From Escherichia phage SkaterBoy_Bas90, in the sequence record PQ850626.1: a stretch of 64,000 nt of DNA; one strand, given 5' to 3'. Below, in pieces: positions 57,385 to 64,000 of the stretch. A model generated the notes under the pieces. The model was not told the DNA's origin. It made no database searches and saw nothing but the letters and a program-made list of their open reading frames with translations. The translations under genes were made by a program, and so were the position numbers. Every line of letters begins with the position of its first letter. Position 1 is the first letter of the stretch.

Positions 57385-58348
57385 TGTAATACTCCACTAG
57401 TTCAGAAAAGAGAGATGAGATTGTGTTACCAACTTCTTCAAGAGTAAGACCGGAATCTGCTCCAGTTCTTTGAATCAGTCGGGATGTAAAGTTTTGTACC
57501 GTAATGTTTCCCAACTTGTCGTCTATTGCTTCACGTTTGTGACCATAACAGTTGGACCAGAGTCTTAACCACTCTGACATTGTTTCATACTCGTCTGGGT
57601 CTTGATCTTTAGCACGAGCAAATCTTCGTAAGGCATCTTGGTTGTGGTTACGAACATAACCATTCTCATTGTCGCCAACACCGAAGGGGTTTTGAACCCA
57701 TACTTGCTTCGTATATTCATCAGAGTCTACAACCAAAGGAAGGAAAGCTGCTGCTGACATATTGTTGTTAATAACAATAGAGGTGCTCTCGCTACTCCCA
57801 TTGGCTCTTCCTCGTTGAGACCACCCACCGAAGAAGTCACGACCCAACCCAGCTAACACTAGAGCGATGCCGATGCGTTTACGCTTCAGCCACTCTTCCC
57901 TGTCTTCAATTCCTTCTGCTAGGAAATCCATTCCACGATATTGCCCTTCCAGAATACTACGGAAGAGCATAAGTCCTGTGAAGATCTGATCTGCTGGATG
58001 CTCACGAAGATTGACAGCAACACTGTTCGCTGAAGTGATAGTAAATACATCACGATAGCAAGACATAGAATTCATAATGTCTGCTGTTTCAATCAAGTTC
58101 TTTTCAATATCAGATGGAACATGACCATGAAAAGAGTGGGTCCAGTAATTCAACATCTCCAATTGCAAGTTAATGTCACGGTTGAAGCGTTTATGGCGCC
58201 CATCTTCCATTACACATTCGTCATTAACATCATATACGACTTGACCTTGCATGTAGTTGTGGATACCGAAGCACCCACGACCTAAGAACTTCTGTTCCCC
58301 TAAATCCTGTTGAAGATTAAGAGGTACGATCGTTGTGGAGATTGACAT
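57377..58348 (-). CDS. hypothetical protein (ligase operon)
   Basis: 323 aa track ORF. Confidence 0.45.
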   Translation of the reverse strand: MSISTTIVPLNLQQDLGEQKFLGRGCFGIHNYMQGQVVYDVNDECVMEDGRHKRFNRDINLQLEMLNYWTHSFHGHVPSDIEKNLIETADIMNSMSCYRDVFTITSANSVAVNLREHPADQIFTGLMLFRSILEGQYRGMDFLAEGIEDREEWLKRKRIGIALVLAGLGRDFFGGWSQRGRANGSSESTSIVINNNMSAAAFLPLVVDSDEYTKQVWVQNPFGVGDNENGYVRNHNQDALRRFARAKDQDPDEYETMSEWLRLWSNCYGHKREAIDDKLGNITVQNFTSRLIQRTGADSGLTLEEVGNTISSLFSELVEYYND

Positions 58349-58358
58349 AACTAACCTT

Positions 58359-59558
58359 TTATTTTCCTAAAAATAATCCGCTCATAATACCATCCCACTC
58401 AGAGGACGGAATCACTGAATACTCCGAACTTTGGTCCAGAGTTCCACTACTAAATCGCTGAATGATGTTGTAGATGTTGAACAGGTCTTTAGCCTCGGCA
58501 CGAATGCCGTAGATTAACCTGTTAGCTGTTTTCTCATTTTTAGACACGCGACGGGTAAAGTTAACCAAAAGATTATCACCTTTAAGTGTCTCTGACCCGT
58601 CTTTTACTAGATCGGGGTGCATCACTGGCAAGAACATTGAGTTGTTAACTCGTAATTCTGCTGTTTCATCATTCTCGTAATGAATCCACTTAAAGTCTTC
58701 ATCACGGAAATGACCGCATCCATCTCTATATGACTGTTGACGCCAAGGCACTTGAAATACTTCAGCGTATTTATTAGCCATGCCAACTGTAAACAGCGAC
58801 GCTGGGAAGATACAAGCATCCCAATCATTACCAACCAGAGTTGCTTTCGTTTCCCCTAAGAGGTTAGTGTAAGTGCTAACCATTCGCGAGTAAACATAAG
58901 CCTGAAGGATTGTCCAGCCTTCAACCAACCATTTGTGGAGGAAGGTTTCAACTTGACTCTCTTCATCTTCACAATAGAAGATTCGGTCTAACATCAAATA
59001 GAACAGACAACGATCAGCAGGGATATTCTCAGTTGCTACCCCCATAAAACCTTTATCGTGCCAGCGTAAACAGGAGGGACGATCTTTGTCCACAAATGCT
59101 TCCATAGCTTCCAGTACAGCACGAGGTGTGGTTCGATGCTCAGGGTTTTTGTCGTTCCAACGTTCGATGTTGTTCTTAGGGGGCGTGTCTTCATCTTCAT
59201 ACGAACACCAACTTAAAGCTTCAGCTACATGCTTTTCATCACGCCAACGTCTAAAACCTAACATCTTCATATGAGTTCCAGAGTTCCAGATATGCTTGAT
59301 TTTACACATATCCATCTCTCGGCTTAACAGGAACTCTTCCCCATCAGCACTACGAACGTTAGCTTCTTCATGCCACACTCGAACGTGCATATTCCATCCA
59401 TGAGTTGCCTCATACATGTTAGGGTCGAAGTAGTCATCATACTCTTCATCGTCTTCATCAACGCCACCGTTATAGTTGCGAAGCTGAAGGAACCCATAAC
59501 AAGGAGGGTTGACTGTTAAAACATTACCTTCAGTATCTTCTAATGTTACTGGAAACAT
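58359..59558 (-). CDS. hypothetical protein (ligase operon)
   Basis: 399 aa track ORF. Confidence 0.45.
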   Translation of the reverse strand: MFPVTLEDTEGNVLTVNPPCYGFLQLRNYNGGVDEDDEEYDDYFDPNMYEATHGWNMHVRVWHEEANVRSADGEEFLLSREMDMCKIKHIWNSGTHMKMLGFRRWRDEKHVAEALSWCSYEDEDTPPKNNIERWNDKNPEHRTTPRAVLEAMEAFVDKDRPSCLRWHDKGFMGVATENIPADRCLFYLMLDRIFYCEDEESQVETFLHKWLVEGWTILQAYVYSRMVSTYTNLLGETKATLVGNDWDACIFPASLFTVGMANKYAEVFQVPWRQQSYRDGCGHFRDEDFKWIHYENDETAELRVNNSMFLPVMHPDLVKDGSETLKGDNLLVNFTRRVSKNEKTANRLIYGIRAEAKDLFNIYNIIQRFSSGTLDQSSEYSVIPSSEWDGIMSGLFLGK

Positions 59559-59569
59559 TATACCAACCT

Positions 59570-59932
59570 CTATTGGTTTTTAATCAACTCAATCGACTTA
59601 CGAATATAAAGAATATCTCGGAAGTTTCGATAGTTGTTCATAAATTGATGCTTCTGGAACTCAGCTTCTTCCAGAGCTTTCTTTGCTTCTGCGTAGTTTT
59701 TACGGGCAAGATGTACAACCCGCTCCGGTAACACGTTTGCACGATGGATTAGATACTTATGAGCTTTCATGTTACTTTGCTCACGAGCAATCTTACCTTT
59801 AGCAACCTTGATACCATTTGCAATCCAAGCAAGTTCTTGCTCAAGCTCATCGTTGGACATTCCACCGAGGTTTGATGCAACCTTGTTCAGAGTTTCAATA
59901 TTAACGTTGCCCTTGATGGGACGTGTATTCAT
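59570..59932 (-). CDS. hypothetical protein
   Basis: 120 aa track ORF. Confidence 0.45.
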   Translation of the reverse strand: MNTRPIKGNVNIETLNKVASNLGGMSNDELEQELAWIANGIKVAKGKIAREQSNMKAHKYLIHRANVLPERVVHLARKNYAEAKKALEEAEFQKHQFMNNYRNFRDILYIRKSIELIKNQ

Positions 59933-59934
59933 AC

Positions 59935-60087
59935 TTACTCCTGTTGTTTACACTCGTCAATAACCCACTGATAAGTGGATTGCCCAGAAAAGAAACACTG
60001 AATAAATCCAGATGTTCTCTGCGTTACCAGTGCTAGTGCACAAATCACTACCGCTGCTGCTAGCAGTTTTAAATCTAATTTAGACAT
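59935..60087 (-). CDS. small signal-peptide/membrane protein (50 aa)
   Basis: hand-translated MSKLDLKLLAAAVVICALALVTQRTSGFIQCFFSGQSTYQWVIDECKQQE; SD GAGAGGA. Confidence 0.3.
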   Translation of the reverse strand: MSKLDLKLLAAAVVICALALVTQRTSGFIQCFFSGQSTYQWVIDECKQQE

Positions 60088-60106
60088 ATTTCCTCTCTTT
60101 GAATTT

Positions 60107-60131
60107 AAAAAAGGACTCTCCGAAAAGAGTC
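60107..60131 (-). terminator. rho-independent terminator (minus strand)
   Basis: GACTCT-CCGAAA-AGAGTC hairpin followed on minus by TTTTTT. Confidence 0.5.
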
Positions 60132-60322
60132 AAGCTTTAAATACAAAAAGATATTACCCAATATCTGTGGATAACCTGCTCTTAAAATATCTATCCGACG
60201 GATGTTCGAGGAATGTTCCTCTCCCTAGCATCGGCCCCATACGGGAAATATATTAAGATTAGGTTAGTTGAGTCAGAATAACTCACATAGCCCTCCGAAG
60301 AAGGCTATAGGCGTTACTACAA

Positions 60323-60541
60323 CTAAAAATCACCTGATTTTACAAAATCATCACTAAGAATTTCGTCAATCTCTTTGCTAGTCAAATCTTTCCTGAACCA
60401 GCAACAAGGAACATTCACCCATTGACCAGAGTTGTTCTCTACAGAGCATAGATTCCCTGTCTTACTCTTGCATTTATAAGATTTTCCTTTATCTAGGCGA
60501 TAGTGTAATCTGTAAACTACAGACACAAGTGTTATCATCAC
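60323..60541 (-). CDS. hypothetical protein
   Basis: 72 aa, Cys-containing. Confidence 0.4.
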   Translation of the reverse strand: MMITLVSVVYRLHYRLDKGKSYKCKSKTGNLCSVENNSGQWVNVPCCWFRKDLTSKEIDEILSDDFVKSGDF

Positions 60542-60771
60542 TCACCTTTCTTAGCACGATCTTTGGCAGTTTTGCCAGTGCGGATGCGATGAGAAACGTT
60601 AACCAGAGTGCCACCATCAACTACGGTAACGCTCTTGTTTTTAGCCAGATCAAACACAGTCTTCTCTGTACCACCCAAGCGAATTTGCTTAGGTTCGCTG
60701 AAGGTTTGGGTTGATTTGGATTGGAACTGAAACGGTTGACGGATTGCATCGATTGCGCTTACTTTAGACAT
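60538..60771 (-). CDS. hypothetical protein
   Basis: 77 aa track ORF. Confidence 0.4.
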   Translation of the reverse strand: MSKVSAIDAIRQPFQFQSKSTQTFSEPKQIRLGGTEKTVFDLAKNKSVTVVDGGTLVNVSHRIRTGKTAKDRAKKGE

Positions 60772-61003
60772 AGGGGAAATTCCTTAAAAAATTATGGCTG
60801 CGTAGAGGGAATTCCCTACGCAAATCGGGCCGCCCACAGAGAGGCGTCATAGTACTAAAAGGAGGAGAGAAGAGGGCTTATTTAGCTACCTTTTTCTGTC
60901 CGTTTACGAACCAGATAATTGAACCGTCAGGCTGTCGTTGACCGAAGCCTTTCTGGTTAATCATATCGTCATAAGAATATGCTTTACGTCTCATTTGTTT
61001 TCC

Positions 61004-61258
61004 CTACGAAGTTAAGATGATTTCAGCCTTAATAAACTTCTCACCAACAACCATATCACCAGAGATGACACGTAGTTCTCCAGTGCCTAGGTTAACAGCT
61101 CCAGCAGGTTGACAACCCCTGCTTTTAGCTGTCATCATATAAACCTTTTGATTTTGGCACTCTTGGAGAGTGAACACATCTGACATATTTAGATCTCTGA
61201 CGCGGAGGATTTTTTCCTCTTTGTCTTTAACTTTAATGTTAATAATGCTCATATGCAC
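61004..61258 (-). CDS. small paralog family C, copy 4
   Basis: 84 aa; shares K-rich N-terminus and '(V/I)..L..G..F' pattern with the three upstream genes. Confidence 0.45.
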   Translation of the reverse strand: MHMSIINIKVKDKEEKILRVRDLNMSDVFTLQECQNQKVYMMTAKSRGCQPAGAVNLGTGELRVISGDMVVGEKFIKAEIILTS

Positions 61259-61503
61259 TACTCCTGAACCACTGACATACGAATCATTTCTACCTGATCA
61301 TCAAGACCTTTAACAGATAACACACCTGTGGAAAGGTTTACCACAGGAACCCAACCACTGGCTATACGGATGTTACCAGAAGCATTTTCAACCCTCATGT
61401 AATACTGAGGAGAGGCACTTCCGTTCTGAACCACGAAAGGGTTTCCGGGAATGATTGTTTCCAATCGTACCGTATTATCCTTTTTCTTTGGGATGATTTT
61501 CAT
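61258..61503 (-). CDS. small paralog family C, copy 3
   Basis: 81 aa 'MKIIPKKKDNTVRLETIIPGNPF...'. Confidence 0.45.
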   Translation of the reverse strand: MKIIPKKKDNTVRLETIIPGNPFVVQNGSASPQYYMRVENASGNIRIASGWVPVVNLSTGVLSVKGLDDQVEMIRMSVVQE

Positions 61504-61751
61504 TGCGTATTATCCACCAAAAGTTCTGCTGATACAGGAACAACTCGGCACCAGATAGAAGGTGCTGTTACGTTACCATCGGATAGACGAAGAGTAATTG
61601 TTCGATCAGAGTTAACGGTTACATTAGGACTTTCAGACACAGACCCTTTAACATAGAGAGTAGCACTCTCAGGGAATTTAAACACTGCTCCGCTGGGGAG
61701 GGAGTTGAGATCAATCGTGGTCACTTCTTCTTTCTTGTGGGTAATCTTCAT
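61500..61751 (-). CDS. small paralog family C, copy 2
   Basis: 83 aa 'MKITHKKEEVTTIDLNSLPSGAVFKF...'. Confidence 0.45.
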   Translation of the reverse strand: MKITHKKEEVTTIDLNSLPSGAVFKFPESATLYVKGSVSESPNVTVNSDRTITLRLSDGNVTAPSIWCRVVPVSAELLVDNTQ

Positions 61752-62002
61752 TTAGAATCCTTAATAACGTTAGCTTCAACCTTAACAGGAATAACAGAGA
61801 TGCCCTCAACGGGGCCACTTAAGTGTCCATCTTCCAGTCTGACACACACGACTCGATCTCGTGCAACTTCTACCCAATTAGTAGATGCCGCAGTACAGAC
61901 CATATGAATTGGACCGTTCTCTTCCAGCCGGAAGGTATCGCCCTTCTTCAGAGTGTGGAGTTTCACAGTCTTGATAGTTTTGTTCAATTCGTTAACTTTC
62001 AT
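61748..62002 (-). CDS. small paralog family C, copy 1
   Basis: 84 aa 'MKVNELNKTIKTVKLHTLKKGDTFRLE...'. Confidence 0.45.
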   Translation of the reverse strand: MKVNELNKTIKTVKLHTLKKGDTFRLEENGPIHMVCTAASTNWVEVARDRVVCVRLEDGHLSGPVEGISVIPVKVEANVIKDSK

Positions 62003-62010
62003 ATTGATTC

Positions 62011-62322
62011 CTATTTAAGTTTGAGGCTAATGTTAAGGTGCATACATGCTCTGTTCTGTACAGCAGCATAACTTCTACCGAGCATGTCAGCCATTCTCTG
62101 AATAGACATGAACCCAGCATTACGGATAAGGAACTGGTCCTCTTCTTCAGACCATTTAACTCGGATTGAAGCTCTTGATATGCCGAATTTAGTGCAAGCT
62201 GTGTTAACAGCATTCTCCGTTACATTCATAATCTGAGCTACTTCTTGAACCGAGTACTCTTTGATTAGTCTCCGAAGATTTTCAATCTGCATCGGAGTCC
62301 ATATAGTTCTTCGTGCTTTCAT
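62011..62322 (-). CDS. double helix-turn-helix protein (two sigma-region-4-like HTH repeats), putative transcription regulator
   Basis: 'YSVQEVAQIMNVTENAVNTA' and 'MSIQRMADMLGRSYAAVQNRA'. Confidence 0.5.
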   Translation of the reverse strand: MKARRTIWTPMQIENLRRLIKEYSVQEVAQIMNVTENAVNTACTKFGISRASIRVKWSEEEDQFLIRNAGFMSIQRMADMLGRSYAAVQNRACMHLNISLKLK

Positions 62323-62676
62323 ACATCCTCCAATTAATTGTTAAAACTATCAGGGGAGAACACTAGCTCTGGGCCACGCTGTAGATATTGGCCTACCTTC
62401 CACAGCTAATCAGCTAATATACTCCCCTAATAGTTTATGAATAGGGGGAGGGGACGAATCCTCCCTTATCCTATTAGTTAATATTGCATGTAAGATCTAA
62501 CAATCGGTTGCCTTTGTAGGAATAAGCGTAAAGCCAATCCAGCACTAAACTCCCGCCCCCTTAGTGGGCTGGGTTATTAAAGGGTAACGCCCTTATGGGC
62601 TAGTTACATGAATGTTAGTTTGATAGGAGATCTGAAGTCCTATCTCAAAGGACTCTCGTAAGAATCCTTCACGATA
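62323..62676. other. ~350-bp ORF-free region rich in GC hairpins (regulatory region or candidate ncRNA)
   Basis: nested inverted repeats CTAATAG/CTATTAG and GGGAGG/CCTCCC; GCCC-TTAT-GGGC. Confidence 0.35.
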
Positions 62677-62817
62677 TTACTTATTCATCTCTCGTCGGCT
62701 ATCTCTCCAAGCCAACCAAGTGTAGGTTTTCAGTTCTTCAAAGTCTTCTGGAGAGAATAGATACTCTTTGAAGGTGTTCCCAAACCACTCTAAAAATTCT
62801 TCAGTCATAAGATTCTC

Positions 62818-62991
62818 TTAACAAGATTGGTCACACGGCTGATCACCACATGTTTTACAGATCACTGGTGAGTAACTACAGGCAGGATAAACAGACACCC
62901 CATCAAACGTCTCACATCCACAATCAGGACATGTACCGTTGGATTCCATGTCATCATCGTCATCTACTTCACCGCCACCAAAACAACTCAT
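62818..62991 (-). CDS. small Cys-rich zinc-ribbon protein (57 aa)
   Basis: hand-translated MSCFGGGEVDDDDDMESNGTCPDCGCETFDGVSVYPACSYSPVICKTCGDQPCDQSC; SD AAGGAG. Confidence 0.35.
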   Translation of the reverse strand: MSCFGGGEVDDDDDMESNGTCPDCGCETFDGVSVYPACSYSPVICKTCGDQPCDQSC

Positions 62992-63000
62992 ACAGGCTCC

Positions 63001-63222
63001 TTAGTAAACTAAACCTGTAGCCTTTGCATCAGGCTGAGGGACTACTTTTGCACTAGGGCGATAGCCATCCACTGAGCCGTTCCAAAGATTGACACAGGTG
63101 ATATATCCATCGTCTATGATGTCTGTTTTAATCCAGAAGTGTTTATCATGACCAAAAATACTTCCGTTTGGCAGCGTGGACAATTCAACAGTTTTAAGTG
63201 ACTGCTTAGAGTCTAGTTTCAT
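63001..63222 (-). CDS. small paralog family C, distal copy
   Basis: 73 aa 'MKLDSKQSLKTVELSTLPNGSIFGHD...'. Confidence 0.45.
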   Translation of the reverse strand: MKLDSKQSLKTVELSTLPNGSIFGHDKHFWIKTDIIDDGYITCVNLWNGSVDGYRPSAKVVPQPDAKATGLVY

Positions 63223-63231
63223 ATAAGTTCC

Positions 63232-63429
63232 TTAATATACCAAACCATGTAAAAGAAACATCCTCTTTGTAAGCTCTGCTTTAGCTCTGTAATAAGCCTT
63301 AGAACCTAACAGGCGGCTCTTAACAAAGAACTTAATGTCATTGCTAACATCTTGTATTAAACGCTCCTGTACAGTTTCTGAGGAGTTATTAATCGAATCA
63401 ATTAACACCTTTGTAGATGTGTAATTCAT
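63232..63429 (-). CDS. hypothetical protein (65 aa; internal ATG of track ORF 63232-63621)
   Basis: ATG 63429 sits 1 nt after lipoprotein stop. Confidence 0.35.
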   Translation of the reverse strand: MNYTSTKVLIDSINNSSETVQERLIQDVSNDIKFFVKSRLLGSKAYYRAKAELTKRMFLLHGLVY

Positions 63430-63430
63430 A

Positions 63431-63730
63431 TCACCACTCCTTACCGGTTGTAATCGTAGAGCCACCACACCACAATGCTGTATCAATAACAACATTATCC
63501 GGTGTAGACTTCTCTTCGTTGATAGAAGGGTTAGCATTAGAACAGGTTGCTCCGTTCCATCGCATATCAATTTCACCAGAAGGAATCTTCTCACCCTTAT
63601 GCCAGCGAGAAACACAAACACCTTCCACTGCTACTGCACACCATCCATCAGGACGGCTCTGTACGCAGCCTGTAAGGGCTATGCAGACAAGGAAGATACA
63701 GATTAAGGATATTACACCACCCCAACTCAT
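63431..63730 (-). CDS. Cys-rich outer-membrane lipoprotein (possible receptor-blocking/superinfection-exclusion protein)
   Basis: 99 aa; strong SD GGAGG; signal peptide with lipobox 'ALTGC', five further Cys. Confidence 0.55.
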   Translation of the reverse strand: MSWGGVISLICIFLVCIALTGCVQSRPDGWCAVAVEGVCVSRWHKGEKIPSGEIDMRWNGATCSNANPSINEEKSTPDNVVIDTALWCGGSTITTGKEW

Positions 63731-63870
63731 AATTACCTCCTATTAGATTTGGTGGACTATCTGGAATCGAACCAGAAGCTCACTAAGAAAGTAATTCCCA
63801 CTGTTATAAAAGCACTTGCCTCAACAGGGATACACTAACTCTGGTGCCGCACCCATACTAGCCCTAAATG

Positions 63871-63946
63871 TGGTGCGCCCTACAGGACTCGAACCTGTAA
63901 CCAATAGCTTAGAAGGCTACTGCTCTATCCATTGAGCTAAGAGCGC
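63871..63946 (-). tRNA. tRNA-Arg (anticodon UCU), CCA encoded
   Basis: hand-folded cloverleaf: acceptor GCGCTCT/AGGGCGC, D-arm GCTC-AATGGATA-GAGC, anticodon arm GTAGC-CTTCTAA-GCTAT, T-arm ACAGG-TTCGAGT-CCTGT, discriminator A + CCA. Confidence 0.85.
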
Positions 63947-64000
63947 AGAATTATTTAGATCATATCTCGCTTGGTGATATGACCACATGTTTTACATCGA

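Noticed and set aside
62677-62808. 43-aa acidic minus-strand ORF downstream of the Cys-rich small gene
   Set aside because: Weak SD and very short; not enough support to annotate.
63750-63850. Possible second tRNA suggested by a GGTTCGATTCC T-loop-like sequence on the minus strand
   Set aside because: No acceptor stem or D-arm pairing can be built around it by hand; treated as a remnant or coincidence, not annotated as tRNA.

Overview
The window reads as most of a lytic tailed-phage genome (no integrase, repressor or attachment site seen), arranged as two convergent blocks that meet at a bidirectional terminator near 28.2 kb. Plus strand 1-28.2 kb is the late/structural block: large terminase, portal, scaffold, major capsid with a probable -1 frameshift Ig-domain extension, tail fibres, a lysozyme, a lytic transglycosylase and large internal virion proteins. 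Minus strand 64.0 to 28.2 kb is the early/middle block: a tRNA-Arg(UCU), arrays of small paralogous genes, a Cys-rich lipoprotein, a family-A DNA polymerase encoded separately from its 3'-5' exonuclease, a T7 gp4-like primase-helicase, SSB, dCTP deaminase, a ThyX-like enzyme lacking the canonical RHR motif, thioredoxin, Dps-like ferritin, PhoH, a CCA-enzyme-like nucleotidyltransferase, a TARG1-like macro domain, a SLOG/DprA-like protein, a phage sigma factor, overlapped spanins and an HNH endonuclease. The most unusual content is a ~9.4 kb minus-strand operon (50.2-59.6 kb) encoding a gamma-glutamyl-cyclotransferase-like protein, an ATP-grasp ligase, an Ntn class-II glutamine amidotransferase fused to zinc ribbons (apparently initiated at AUU), one or two GS-fold amidoligase-like proteins and several unknowns: a candidate peptide/amide-ligation system of unknown target. 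Late genes use E. coli-like codon preferences, so an enterobacterial host is plausible, and the sigma factor plus amidoligase content is reminiscent of phiEco32-like podoviruses; both are inferences from memory. All calls come from reading the sequence and the ORF track by eye; no searches were run, and coordinates of small ORFs and RNA elements were hand-derived.
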